Below, one piece after another: positions 10,954 to 24,205 of a stretch of DNA of 64,000 bases (its first letter is position 1; each line of letters opens with the position of its first letter). The notes below the pieces were generated by a model. It worked only from the letters and a program-made list of their open reading frames with translations. It ran no database searches and had not been told where the DNA came from. The translations under genes and the position numbers were made by a program. This stretch comes from Anthoceros angustus (lineage: Eukaryota; Plantae; Anthocerotophyta): the NCBI GenBank assembly GCA_010909165.1, contig VJWM01000192.1, positions 124,001 to 188,000 on the forward strand. The letters are read 5' to 3'.

Positions 10954-12939
10954 ATGTCGTGCCAGGCGCTCGCACTGCAGCCGGTGAACGGGAATGACAT
11001 CCTGCTGCAGTCGAGGGAGTGGTTCCCTCCAGCGAGAGCTGCCAACGCCAGCACCACGTTCAGGCGTGCTCGGGCAGTGTACTCCGGCCGGGGCCAGTCT
11101 CTGGAGTCCTTGGAGGCGTTCGGGGTTGGGATGGGAGATGATGCAATTACGGCCTCCACAGGGCAGGTGGTCTTAGGCAAGGCTTACAAGTACCGGGTGG
11201 TGTACCGGCTGGTGAGCGGGGTGTATGTGCTCGGGATCACCAGCGCAGATGACGAGAGCAACAACGTGTTCGAGTGCGCTGCCACTGTCAACCAGGCCGT
11301 CAGTGTTCTGGTGGCTGCTTGCAAGGGGATCGATGTCACGGCGGACAAGCTCATGCGGAAGTACACGGAGGTGTACATGGCTTTGGATATGGTGTTGCAC
11401 GGGGTCAGCGCGGCCCGGCTTAGCACGATCTTGGCCACAATGCACGGGGAAGGTCTGCAGTCTGTTGTCACGGCTACTGATTTGGAGAACCGGGCTCGAG
11501 GTGCCAGCCAGTGGAGCCAGTTCAAGGGGCAGTCGGTTGCGCGGATCGCGAACATCGATGTGTTTGCTGGTGCCGTGTTTGAGCTGCCGGAGGAAACCTT
11601 GGCTGCGGGAGACGAGGTGGCTGCGGCGTTAGGGCCGCCGTTGCACAGCGCTGGGGAGGCGGCAGTTTCGCAGAAGCCTCCGGAGCCGAAGAAGCCGGTT
11701 TCGGAAGATCCGTTTGAGGCAAGCACTGCTCTGATTGATCCACAGGACATTGCCGGGGGTTTCCAGAAGAGCAAGGAGGCTCCTTCCGATCCGGCGTTGG
11801 CTCTTGCAGGCCTTGAAGTGACGGCTACTATAGCTCCTGAGACTGCGGCTGAGTCTACGTATGTTGGAGTGGAAGGGTTCGAGGGCGACTATGGGGGTGT
11901 TGATTTTGAGGCAGAGGACGATGCTTTTAGTGGACTGGGAACTGCCTTTGAAGGATTGGATGGTGCATTTGGTGGAGGCCTGGATGTTTCGGAATATGAC
12001 GGGGCTTTGAAGACTCCTTTAGATAAGGGACTGGCCGGTTTAGAGGAGTTGCAAGGTGGAGGTGGCAAGAAGCCTGATACTGTGGTTGCTGAAGTTGCCA
12101 AGTCAACCGCTGCACCAGGCGTTCTTGCTGCCTCTGATGCTGGTGGTGGTGTCGAGCCTGTCGCGGCTGCTGGCCCTCCCCGGAAGGAGTCCTTAGTTGT
12201 CTCACTTGCTGAAGAATTTTTCGCAGTGTTTGATGGCCTACAGCTTGCTCGTGTTGGACTTCAGGGCACCTTGAAGATCAAGACTCCATCTAGTGGGAAA
12301 GGAGATGTGGAATTTTCTTTCAACCTTGAGGGTGCAGCGGGCATTAAGAAGGCCGTTTTAAAACATGAGTTTGCCAGCAACGTAGGGGAGGGGCTCTACC
12401 GTGTTCGGGTGCCTCCAGTGGACGGGCCAGTGACGGTCTTGAGGTATCGGCTAGAACCTCGGTTTACTCCTATTCCGCTGCGGGTCAGACTGGTTACCTC
12501 CAAGAGTAATACATCTATTACCTTTCTCGTTCAGTACATTGCCAACCCCTTTTTGCCAGGAGTTCTGAAGGATGTAGCTTTTATCGCGTCTTTACCTTCC
12601 AGTCCAACTTTCGTCAAGATGTCACCACATGGCTATCTCGATCGGAAGGGGAAACAGGTGAAATGGATCATTCCTGAAATAACCGCAGCTTCTCAAGGTC
12701 GGTTGCGGGCACAGCTACCCAGGGAGCTGGTAGGGGATCCATATGACTTGGACTTTTCGGATGAGAAGGCTGACAGGGAGAAAAGTGAGGAAGCAGAAAC
12801 ACCTAAGATAACAGTGAGGGTGGAGTTCAGTTATGCTGGTCAAACTCTCTCAGGCATAGTCGTCAATCCTGCTGGGCAAGTACCTGACCTGGAAGTGGAA
12901 CACAGTTACAAAGTGGCCAAACTTCAGGTCCTTGAGTAG
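10954..12939 (+). CDS. TML: TPLATE-complex muniscin-like subunit (longin-like N-terminus, acidic linker, C-terminal mu-homology domain)
   Basis: Intronless 661-aa ORF. The N-terminus MSCQALALQPVNGNDILLQSREWFPPARA matches plant TML; GFEGDYGG linker; C-terminal MHD-like region (LRYRLEPRFTPIPLRVRL). Confidence 0.9.
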   Translation: MSCQALALQPVNGNDILLQSREWFPPARAANASTTFRRARAVYSGRGQSLESLEAFGVGMGDDAITASTGQVVLGKAYKYRVVYRLVSGVYVLGITSADDESNNVFECAATVNQAVSVLVAACKGIDVTADKLMRKYTEVYMALDMVLHGVSAARLSTILATMHGEGLQSVVTATDLENRARGASQWSQFKGQSVARIANIDVFAGAVFELPEETLAAGDEVAAALGPPLHSAGEAAVSQKPPEPKKPVSEDPFEASTALIDPQDIAGGFQKSKEAPSDPALALAGLEVTATIAPETAAESTYVGVEGFEGDYGGVDFEAEDDAFSGLGTAFEGLDGAFGGGLDVSEYDGALKTPLDKGLAGLEELQGGGGKKPDTVVAEVAKSTAAPGVLAASDAGGGVEPVAAAGPPRKESLVVSLAEEFFAVFDGLQLARVGLQGTLKIKTPSSGKGDVEFSFNLEGAAGIKKAVLKHEFASNVGEGLYRVRVPPVDGPVTVLRYRLEPRFTPIPLRVRLVTSKSNTSITFLVQYIANPFLPGVLKDVAFIASLPSSPTFVKMSPHGYLDRKGKQVKWIIPEITAASQGRLRAQLPRELVGDPYDLDFSDEKADREKSEEAETPKITVRVEFSYAGQTLSGIVVNPAGQVPDLEVEHSYKVAKLQVLE

Positions 12940-13361
12940 GTCTGGAGTTTGCAAGAGGTGTCTTGCTCTCGTCAGTTCGCAGCTTGCACCTGACATCGGG
13001 TGGCTTTCATGCGGCCTTCATTGGTGGTGACCTACAGCATCCACCTGGACGATTTATGGTTCCTGTACATAGCATACTATTCTTCCTCATTTTCTTCGTC
13101 TATGCTAGATGCTGGGATGCTGTATGTCCTCATGCTTTTCCTGTGCCAGATTCTGGGATACTGAATGACCTCTACGTTTTCCTGTATGCCAGACACTGGG
13201 ATGCTGTATTCACTTAGTGGTTACGAGGTTGACAGGGTACGAGTTTAAAGTAGAGGCGGAAGGGGTTTTTACGTATAGCGGTGTTTAAAGTAAAATTCCA
13301 GATGAACCATGGTAAGTCCTCAATCGGAGAGTTCAAGAATTTTGTAGGGTTACAGCCTACT

Positions 13362-16063
13362 CTATGATTCAGGCGGAGTTGTGAAGACCAAAGAGGCATT
13401 GGTACCACCAAATCCAAATGAGTTTGTCAGTACTACTTGTATGGACATCTCCTTGGGAGAAGACAGGGGAAAGAACTTTTCCCGAAACAAAGCATCTGGC
13501 TTGTCCATGTTCAACGTCGGCGGTGCCACTCCCTGCCAACCATTCTTCCACGTCAGAGTTTGCGAGACATTCACACACCTTCTTTCACGCAAGAGTCAGA
13601 CTGTAGCTCACATGATGTAGGGAAAGCACGGAGAAGATTGCCTCCACGGCACCAGCTGCTCCCAGCAAATGACCAGTGGCACCCTGTTGCAAAGATCCAC
13701 GTCAGGGTTTGAAACTTGGATCCATGAAGCGAGGGCAAAACTAGCGTGAAATGTTGCATTTGTAGTGCTAGAACTGTTGAGGGACCTTAGTCGAGGAAAA
13801 TGCGAAGTTGTCACTGGATACACATTGTTTGAAAACTGTTTCAATCGCTCTTGCTTCCACTGCGTCACCTGGTTCACGGTTGTCACAAGTCAAGCCATGC
13901 ACGACGTTTGAAAACCACGTGAAGAGTACAAAGCAAAACTATGACCTGGTAGGTACCTAGGGGAGTGGAGGTGGCGTGTGCATTTACATAGTCCACGTCC
14001 TTTGCCTCTACACCTGACTGGTAAAGCATGAAACCGTCAAAACACCCTTCACATTCCAGAAAGTGTGCCCAGGTCCCACCCTCTGCTGACCTGTTTCAAA
14101 GCACGCGTCATGGACAGTGTGGCTCCTCTTCCATCGCTGGAGGGTTGAGTAATGTGGTATGCATCACCTACCAGCATCTCGAAGTGTCAACATCATTTGT
14201 CCTCGTGTTCCTTGACCAAGCAGTTGCAAAAATTAGCTTTTACACCCACCTGACATCCCGTAACCTCGCACCTCGGCATAAATCTTAGCCCCTCTCTGTC
14301 TAGCATGTTCAAGCTCCTGTTTCATATGAAACTCTGGAAATAAGTAGATCATCTCATTTACGTAAAGATAAAAGTACACGGTCTGAGGGAATATGCAACT
14401 TTACAAAGAGTGCAGCTGCAAATCTGGGTTGTGGGAACACACCTCTAGCACCATGATGCCTGCTCCTTCGCCCATTCTGTACGATCAAATTAAAGGATCG
14501 CTGAGAATGACGCCAAGGACTGGCCCAAGAACTGACCACGAAGCGTATTTGATATTGGGAGGGGAGGAAGAGTTTAGTTACACGAAGCCATCGCGATCCT
14601 GGTCGAATGGCCGAGATGCTCGTTCCGGTTCTCTGTTGAAGTTTGTACTCAATGCTCGAGCTCTGCCATGCAAACCATGAATCAGCCAGCACAACCATGC
14701 ATTACAGCTGGAACCATCAGGTAGTGTTGCATGCAAAAGTGACCAACCTGCAAAATCCAGCAATTGAAAGAGCGTCAACGCTTGATTCGGTTCCACCTGC
14801 CACCATGACGTCAGCATCCCCAAATCGGATCATCCGAGATGCATCTCCTATTGAGTGAGCTCCACTCGCACAAGCTGTGACTGCTGCATGATTCGGACCC
14901 TGGCACAAAACAGCGTCAAACATCTCAGTCCTGGAAACTTGGCTTTCGCCCTGACATCAAACAACGCAGGCATTTGCTGAATACTGAATTTCAACACCGA
15001 TTAGCTCGAGACGATGCACCTGGAACCCGTACTTGATGCTGACATGACCTGCCGCCATGTTGATTAAAACACGGGGGATGAAATATGGACTAAGACGGCG
15101 AATTTTCTGCACCACCAAAGCAGTTCCAATGCGGTTGAGGTCATTTCATGCCATGCAAACAACTGCCAACTGCCATGGCAAACGTTAAAAGAATCGGCCG
15201 TAGTGCTCCCCGAACCTCTGTCGCAATGAGCCCAGCAGCTTCGACCATGTCACTAATACAGCCAATCCCTCCTCCAATGGATACACCCTGCACCGAAGCA
15301 CATACTCAGCCGAGAACCACAACAGGGTAGCAACGTCGCAACAAACGCCACCCTCACCGTTCTCTCAGTCCCCTCTGCATCTGGTTTGACCCAATTCGCA
15401 TCCGCCAGCGCTTCCTCAGCAGCGCAAAGGGCATAGGCAATGAAGGGTGCAATTCTCTTGTCCTGCTGCATAACGCAAAGTGAGCACTGCTCCTCAACCA
15501 GCCACTCCTTCCCGCCATCCACAAGGTCAAAATCCAGTAACCTGAGGCTGGAGCCATCTCGACCTGTCAAACTCCCCGTAGCCCGACCCATGTGGCACAG
15601 CCGCCACCACTTGCGACGGCAGCTGATCCCACGTGTGCTGCACCAGGGACGTATCTGCCCCATTCAACTTCAAATCCTCCAGGCTCAGAGCACGCACTCC
15701 ACTCCCACCACCCAGCAACCGTTTCCATGCCGCTTCCACCCCAGTTCCAAGCGGAGTCACCAGCCCCAACCCTGCTCACAGCCCATACAACTCCTGCTAT
15801 CAAATCCCCCCCTCTCCCAACTCCAACTCCCCTCCCAGAACAAACTCCAATTCTTCACCAACAATCAATCCCGCCAGGACTGAAACCTCGTTCGCACAGG
15901 ACTCGAATGCACCATCAACAAATCACCTTCGCTTCCACTGACCTGTAACAACCACCCGACGCGGAGGCAGCTGAGGCGGGGCGCCGAACGCAGATCCCCT
16001 GCTGCTGCTAAAAGACAAGGCCCTCCGCCACGACCGCAAGGCCCCGCTCCGCAACTTCCGCAT
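13362..16063 (-). CDS. mtKAS: Mitochondrial 3-oxoacyl-ACP synthase (FabF-like), ~14 exons
   Basis: ATG at 16063 gives an Arg/Ser-rich presequence [21 protein letters not shown]...RRVVVTG. GT-AG exons encode [14 protein letters not shown] (Cys), [26 protein letters not shown] (His), GHLLGAAG (His) and [13 protein letters not shown]; stop at 13362. Confidence 0.95.
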
Positions 16064-17169
16064 TTCCCCCGCCCCAGCTTCACGGCCCGATTCCGGCACA
16101 GGGTTTAAGCCAGGGCTTTAGGGCTCCGAAACCGAAAACGAAACATTCGCGGTGACAACGCTTGGATCCATCCTTCGTCTCCCCCGGGACTCCGTTGGCG
16201 ACAACGCTTGATCCTCTGTCTGGATCATTCGTCATTCGTCATTCGTCTGGACCAGCCACCAGTGTCCCGGCCGATCCATGGACACAACAGCGTTCGCTCA
16301 ATGTCCCATTCGCTCCACATTTCGTCGTTCAATTCTCACCAGACAGCCACTCCACCCGCCTCCAAACTACTACAAGACCTACACGCACTCCCCGTTCATT
16401 CATTTCCATCACTTCCGAAGTGAAATTCGTGCAGGGACCCGACGTGGTGACTTCCCTGGTCCCCGCGTCCAGGAACGGGACCTACACATGCCTCACACTT
16501 GGGAGACGCACAACGCCTCCGGGGTGCGATTTCACAGCTGTGCGAGAGCTACGCGCACACGAACTCCCCCACCCCGCTCATGCCGCTGGCCCGTCCAAGA
16601 CCCGACCGCCGAGCCCCCCTGCATGGCCGCCATGCTTCAATAATGCGATCCCACAGCCGTAATGCCAGATCCTGACACGGCACTAACACTTGGGATTTGC
16701 ATCGTGCTTGGCAACACAGATGCAGGTGCGAAAGTGGAGGATCGCAAGCCAAGCGCAGCGAGCGGGCAGGGCCCACCGGGTTCCACCAACCCTCGCTCTC
16801 GCACTCGCCCTCGCCCTCGCCCGCGTCGTTGCTGCTTCCACTCCACTTCACTGAACGGACGGCATTCCTTCCTTCCCTCTGCCAGCCCGATGCCGTCCAC
16901 CGTCCACATTCCACAGTCCACAGTCAGTCCACAAATTCACAAAAGCTACTCTTTCCAGTTTCTCCAGCCCCATATCCCGCCCTCGCTCCGCAATCTCGCC
17001 ACATGCATCTCCATCTTTTCATGCGGGCCTCGTCTTTCCACCGTCTTTCCGCTATTTTCGCCTTCTTTCCCCATTCCTTCCCGCATCTTTCCGACTCCTT
17101 CCGACATGGGAGCTCTCTCCCGCGTGGGGCCTCAATTATTTGCCATGAGGCAGTAGCGGGTGGTGGAGA

Positions 17170-17340
17170 ATAGCACGTGACGGGCCTCGGCCCATTGGCC
17201 CAGCCTGCATTATGCGGCCTGGCCTGCCGGGGACCATTCGATGGGACATAATACAGACACGGCGACGTCACCCCCCCCTAAGGCTACGGCCTCTTTACCT
17301 CCCTCTCCCCCGTCGCCCGTCCCCTGACTCACGTGCACGC
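17170..17340. promoter_or_regulatory. Cluster of G-boxes (CACGTG) and site-II-like GGCCCA motifs in the divergent mtKAS/TAT intergenic region
   Basis: cacgtg at ~17175 and ~17329; ggcccattggccca at ~17189-17202. These are short motifs with unproven function. Confidence 0.3.
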
Positions 17341-18866
17341 CATTTTTTTACTCCATTATTTTGCCATCTCACTCTCTTCGTACATCCTCTATGTACCATA
17401 TGTATGTACACTTGAATATCTATTTTATCACTATTTTATTTCTAATTAATTAATCAATCAGAGATCAATCAAAGATGCATCTACCATCAAACATCTCAAG
17501 ACACAAACATCATCAATGGAGAAGTGATAGCGTAAGCCCATCTTTCCGAGTACATCACACACAAGAGCCCAAGGTTCGTGAGGGAAGAAGGACCATTGGA
17601 CTATGAGTGTCTCAATTCCGTTTAGAGTCCCTACAATGTCATAATTAGGAACGTCAAAGATACATGACAACTAAGAAAGACGGGACAGGATGGGTAGATG
17701 GGATTTCCCATCTCGCCTATTAATAACGACGACTCTACTCCCTAGAAAGACGGAATTCTTTTAGAATTGTATAATATGTTCAATCTTTTTTTCTTGAATT
17801 TTTGTTTCATTCGTTCAATTATTCACATTACTTTATGTAGATATCTTTGCATCTTTTCACAAAAGTATGAACTACATATGATACACAGATGGAATGATAC
17901 ACCCACCATTGGAGGACATTAAAGGAGACCATGAATGTTGCCTTAAAGTAGCACAATGTGGGAGGGGAGCATGAAAATCATTGCAAAGTGCCGTAATATG
18001 AGGTCTCATGTTGTTTCCATCTCTTCACAACTCGTGGGAATAATTTATCTCTTGATCAATTATTTTCTCTGACTAGTATAGTCGTGGGAAGCTGAACATG
18101 TATATCCTTAAAAAATATTTCTTGTAATAAAATATAAAAATATATTAAAGATAGAAAGAACCTTTATTAAAGAGCCAACTAATACATACATGTACGTACT
18201 AGAGTTTTGTGGAAAGCTTTGTATGTGCGGTTTTGTGTGAGTTTTTGAGACCCATTATTCTGAATTAAGTGGTTTTTATATATATTTTATACCACTTTGT
18301 CTCTCTTTAGTCTTGGGTGTCATCGATAATTTGTGTAGGTATAAAACTTTTTGTATTAGTTGAGATTTGTTAACTTTGTATATTATTATATATAATAAAC
18401 TATTATTTTGGGACTACCTATGAATTGAATTGTCGGGTTTTGATGTCGATGGTTGAGCGAGCACGTGGCCATTTGTATACCAGGCCCAGAGACCAGAGGC
18501 CAGTGAGGGTGGAGGGGTAGGCGGAGGCGCGGTTAGAGAGGCTGATTAGAGAGAGAGAGGGGTGCGGTAAGGTTAAAGTTGACTAGGGTCAAGGGGCAGG
18601 CTGGCCAGTGCTAATATATGCCGCTCCATCGCAAAGTGAGGCACGCCCTTCCTTCTCTCCCGCGCTGGCTGGTCTTGGCTCCAGCTCGTGAGGAAGGAGG
18701 AGGAGAGGCTCCACTTCGCCGAGGCTTTGCGAGGAGAACGCTCTCGTCACTGCCGATTCCCGTGAGACGAGTGCAGTCGGGAGTCGTTTCGTATCACCTC
18801 CTGCGCCTTCAGCGCCCTCAGCTTCATCGCTCGCGAATTGCTGCGCGTGTGAGTGGCCAGGCAGAG

Positions 18867-21002
18867 ATGGCCACAGTCCTGAACCAGAAGCGGCAGGCTG
18901 AGATCTTGCATGGAAACGGAGTGGAAGGCGGCGGTGGTGGATTGGCTGTGAGCAAGATTATGACCAAGCCTGTTGGCGGGAAGCCCCCTGTTGCCAGGAA
19001 GCCGGCCGGGAAGACTGTGGATAAGGAGTGGAACGTGCGGCCCCGGATCGCGGCTTTGGAGAGCCGGAATCCGATTCGGGACATCGTGGAATCGAAGCTT
19101 AAGGTTCGGAGCTGGACTGAGTGCTGGAAGGTGTCGGAGAGGCGTTTGAGAGTTTTTGGAAGCGTCTGGTGCTTGCATGTTTGATGATCCTGTGTGGCTC
19201 ATTTTTCTGTGTCGTTCGCATGTGTTTGTGCGCTGCAGCCGAACCCGAATTTGGGGAAGAAGCCGATTTCCCTGGCGCAGGGTGATCCCACGGTGTACGG
19301 ACACTTGAAGGTGCCGGAATCGGCTTGCGCTGCCCTGGCCGAGGTGGCTACCAGCTACAAGTACAATGGCTACGCTCACTCGGCTGGGATTTTGGAGTGC
19401 CGGAGGTAGGACGTTTGCGTTGTGCTGGTTGCAGTGCGTGTCGTTTCCTCAGTGTGGGACGGGTTTGCTAATTCCGGTTCTCCCTCCTGGTACGGTTGCA
19501 GTGCTGTGGCAGACTTCCACTCGGAGCACCTTCCCTTCGAGCTGACCGCCGAGGATGTCGGCATTGTGGTGGGATGCTCCCAAGCCATTGAGTTCTCGAT
19601 CGCGTGCCTCGCGGCGGAAGGAAGCAACATGCTGGTCCCCAGGCCCGGGTTTCCGATTTACGACACTTTCTGTAGATACTACGGTGTCGAAGTGAGATAT
19701 TACGACCTACTTCCCGAGAGGGGCTGGGAGGTCGACCTCGAGCAGGTCGCGGAGCTGGCTGATGATGATACGGCGGCCTTGATTTTGTGCAACCCGAGCA
19801 ACCCTTGTGGAACCTCCTTCAGTTATCAGCACCTGTCTCAGGTCTGTTCTCTGTTTTTACACATGAGCGAAGATTCCGCTCTTTTTCTGTTTTTTTGTCG
19901 TTCACGACTGTCGCTTCATGCTCTCATGTGGATTGCCTGCGGTAAATTGCAGATTGCCGCTGTGTGCGAAAAGCTGAAACTGCCCATAATATCCGACGAG
20001 ATTTACGAGCATATGCTGTTTGGGGAAAAAAAGTTCATTCCGATGGCCACTTTTTCACTGCAAGTGCCAGTGTTAACCGTCGGAGGAATCTCCAAAAGAT
20101 GGTTGGCCCCTGGGTGGCGGTTGGGATGGATCCTCGTGTGCGACCCATGCAGCATTCTCGAGAAGAGCGGGGTAAGGAGCTGCCCCAGCCGTGGCGCTGG
20201 CAATTGTTTGTGAAAAATTTTCGCGTCACGGAGGATAAGTAATCTCTCTGCTCTTTGCGTTTGCGTCCAGGTTGTTGAGGCCCTGAAGAGAATCATGCAG
20301 ATGACCATCGGAACTTCTGTTCTTGTACAGGTGAATTTCTTGGGCTTGCCTCACGCTCTTTTGGTACCTTTTGGTACTGTTCGATTGAATGCTGAATTTG
20401 TGACTTGTTCTCCTGTGCAGGCTGCTGTCCCGGCCATGCTGCAAAACACCACTCCTGAGTTCTACAAGCAAACTATGAAGACTCTCGAGGACGGTTGCGA
20501 CTGTTGTTACAGACGCATTCAAGGAATTGCAGGGCTGGATGTGCCGATAAAGCCAGATGGTGCGATGTACATGATGGTGAGTGCTTCTGCCTAGACTGGT
20601 TGTTGTCCCACAACCCTCCTGGGCTTTTGGATTCTTCAGGTCAGAGAAATTTTCGTGAACGCTTGTACTGAGTGGTCTGTCTCAAATCGTCCCAGGCTAA
20701 GGTGGACCCAAATGCCTTCAAGGACATTCCTGACGACACCGTGTTTGCCGAGAAGCTTGTGAGGGAGGAGAATATCGTTGTGCTGCCAGGTAGCTTGGGT
20801 GTTTGCCGGTCCAGTTAACACGTAAAAGTATGTGTGGGCCCAAGTTCCTTAACTCAGCGACTGGCTTGATGGTGGTGCAGGCTCTGCATTCGGTATTCAC
20901 AACTGGTTACGACTGGTGTTTGCAACACCTGTAAATATGTTGGAGGAGGCTTTTGACAGGATAGAGGCGTTCTGTCTTCGACATGCGGCCGTCCAAAACT
21001 AG
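18867..21002 (+). CDS. TAT: Tyrosine/nicotianamine aminotransferase family (PLP class I), 8 exons
   Basis: Exons ~18867-19103, 19239-19405, 19502-19841, 19953-20171, 20271-20330, 20421-20576, 20696-20789, 20881-21002. Motifs ISLAQGDPT, NGYAHSAG, PRPGFPIY, NPSNPCG, ISDEIY, and GGISKRWLAPGWRLGW (PLP lysine). Confidence 0.93.
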
Positions 21003-21980
21003 GGGACCGTTACCGGCCTTTTCATTAGTATCTTTCCATGCGCATGAATTTGCAGCGATGTGAGACATTATTTTTGTGCGATTTCGGATTTTCAAGGCTT
21101 AGTTCTCCCTGGATCAAAAGTCATTATCCCCATTCCCCTCCCATTGGATTAGGTCAGATTTTCTCGAATTTTCTCCTGTTAACAGGCCCAACTGTTTGTT
21201 AGTAGAAGTATGGCACTGACGATGGGACTAGATCAGCACTGCTAGATCAAGGATTTTCTCGCATATTCTCCTGTCATCAGGCCGAACTGTCTACTAGTAA
21301 ACGTAGAACTCTGAAAATTTATGGAAGGTTTAACAGAATCAAAATCAATTAATGCGACATCGTGATGTGCCCACGATTTAAAATTGCTTCCTCTTTTTGT
21401 ACAGTATTGATATTACAAGAACCACATTCAACGGTTCGATATTGTAGGCCAATATACGCGGCAGTTGCCATTGCACACTCCACTTCTTGAATGACAAACT
21501 TTAGTTTCTGTTTCAAATCTCTCCTCAACTGTGCATCTCAAGAGTACTAGTCATCACTGCTTCATCGTCGTAGCCCAACAGCCGAATGTTCATCATTTTG
21601 ATTGACTTAATGGTACACTGAAGTTTCCATTCGATTCCGGCACTAAAATTCAGGCCAATGAATCTCAGTGCACAACTGAATACGTCGGACACCTCCTGCA
21701 TGCTGAAATATGTGGATGCTGTGTCTTTCGAATGAACGCTGATCAGAATAAGGAACACGGAAAAGTCATCCTGAAATACGTTCTGTTTTCCTCGCTTAAA
21801 TGCTTATCACAATACACCCAAAGATCAACGGTACTTCTAAACCTCACGCTAGAAAACGTGACAAAACACAAGCCTGGAACCCCCATTGTGCCCCACAAGG
21901 AACAGATAGGAAAGCGTTGGTACAGAAATGGATCAAACCACTTGGTATTCAGTGCTCATCCAGAAGAGACGATGTAGCTT

Positions 21981-22958
21981 CTATTTCAACTTTTTAGGAC
22001 TCAGAGCTGGAATCCTCAAATTCATGGCAATATCCTCCGGTGAAAGTACATGGGAACAGATAAAGCCAACCAGAAATGCAAGACTAGGGTCAGACCCGCT
22101 TTTGCTGGTCAGCACAACCTTCTTTTCACCCAGCCAGCCAAATGCAGGTGTTACTAGGCAGTTGAACATAGGGCAGTCATAGGACATGAGTTCTGGGGAT
22201 CCACTCAGGATTGCATCCAGACATATGGGGTACCGTAGGCCGTGCTTGTCTCTGAACACGTATCGAACCTCCTGAATCTCTTTTCTTGGCTGGACAAAGT
22301 TCTTACCAGGCCCTCCAACCTTCTGAACCACCCACCCTTTGCTCCACACATCCAGCACCCCCAAAGGTTCTTCCATGTAACGGTCTCTGTAAAACCCAAT
22401 CCGAATGGAGAATTCCCATTCCCTTCGTTTCCAATACAGCATGGGTATAGAGTAGCTGTCACCCGAGATGGGTGAGTCGGACCAGTATATTTCTGACTTC
22501 ACATCAGGGGAGATGCCGTACTCCTCGTATCCTGAGCTCTGATAGGAGTGGTTCTTCTGATAAGCTGGAAGGTGACACCAGCAGATTACATCACCTTCTT
22601 CGGAAAAGGGTGGTCGCCTGGAATCCAAAGAAGCAAGAAAACGGAGTTAGTACTCCTGAGAGCCAGGAATGCAGCCTAGTGAAATTGCAGTGCTCAGTTT
22701 TGAAAGCTACACGACCGAGGGAGGAAGTTACCAGAAGTTCTCAAGGACAAAATAGGACTCGTTCTCTCCTGAAGGTGTGCCTCTGACGTGCAGGAACAGC
22801 CAAAGAGGTGCATTTTCGTCAGCACCTTGGAAAACGTTATAGTTGTTCGACATCACAGCATTTTTTGTGCAGGTGAACGTCGATGGACCAGAAGGATCCG
22901 GCAGCAGAGTGGTCGGCCTTGCGGTGATGTAGTCATTGGAAGACCAGCAATTTCCCAT
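21981..22958 (-). CDS. Uncharacterised ~287-aa protein with N-terminal MGNC lipidation signature
   Basis: ATG at 22958 (MGNCWSSNDY). A GT-AG intron at 22731-22618 joins in phase (TG|G) to the long ORF ending at 21981. Confidence 0.75.
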
Positions 22959-24205
22959 CTGCACTACCTGCTCTAAAAATCCCAAACTCACCGCCAGACA
23001 AAGTTCCACTCAACTATCTAAGAGCTTGAAGTCCTAGAATTCTGCTGCAAAAAACGAAGTTCACGGCCGGGCAGTACGTCCTCACGGTTGGCAGGTGAAG
23101 TAATGAAGCCCGCACCCATGTGAAGAACAGTCCTTCTTTCCATTCCTGACTGCCGAACCATAAATTCCCCCATCTGCGTCCATCAACTGCACGCCTTTCA
23201 TACATCCGGACACATCAAGAACAACAGCTGCTTGCCCTTGCACTGTGAAATCTCCCAGAACATCTCTCAAATTCAGCAAAGACCTAAACGACTACTGCCA
23301 CCCAGGAAATCGAGGTCGAACGAGATACATCGTGGGGATCTGCTCCCAATTCCGAGCAGCAGATCAACGAAAGCTCTCTTCTTCTCGTCCACACGGTGAC
23401 GTGGTTACACGAGCAATTCAAACTACCAGCAAAGACTACCAGCATTCACCACCCACAAACAGCGGGCAACAGTACAGAAGCTCCGAATCCCATCAAGCGG
23501 CCTGCATTCTTGCTCAGTCGCCACCACACTTCACCACCTTCTGGCAAGCTTCCAACGCAAGAGCCGAGGAACCACAGCACCGGTGCCCACTAGCGACCAT
23601 AACACCACCCAGGCGACTCATCAACACCCTGCTCGCCAGAACCAGAGTGAGCCTCTGGTGCACCATTCAATCTTTTCCCTGTCTCGGAACAGAGGATGTG
23701 GATGAAGGAGAACAGACAGGGCCAGAATTGGCCACTAAGCAGCGCAGAGCTCGACCTTGCACTCTTTATACAGGCAGCTCCATACACGTACTGTCGTGGA
23801 GCCAATTGACGTCCAGCAGACACGATTAGTCAGCCTCAAGGCAGCAGCCGAGCACGATGGGAGGCTGGAGCTCTCTCCCAACGGTCTTCTTCTCCGCACT
23901 ACGGCCGCCTTGAGAAGTTGAGAGCCACCACGCGTTCGAGCAGCTTCGTCGTTAGTGCCGGGACTAGACGGCCTTGATGATTTTAAAAGTTTTATACTCT
24001 AACAAAATTCGTTGGGCGGACGGTGTGGTACACCACTGGACACTAACAGAGACAGTAGTCATCTTGGTTATGCCAGTTGACTCTGGGAACCTGAAATTCA
24101 CGGTTCGAATCGCCAGAACAACGAACGGACTCCATATCAGATAACCTTCTCAATCAGACAGCAGGCCTTCGTTAATTTGAAATTGAGTGAGTGTGGAGTC
24201 TCCTC

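Noticed and set aside
16162-17173. Several 120-166-aa ORFs upstream of mtKAS
   Set aside because: Low-complexity Pro/Ser/Arg translations of a GC-rich promoter region, with no recognisable domain or splice structure.
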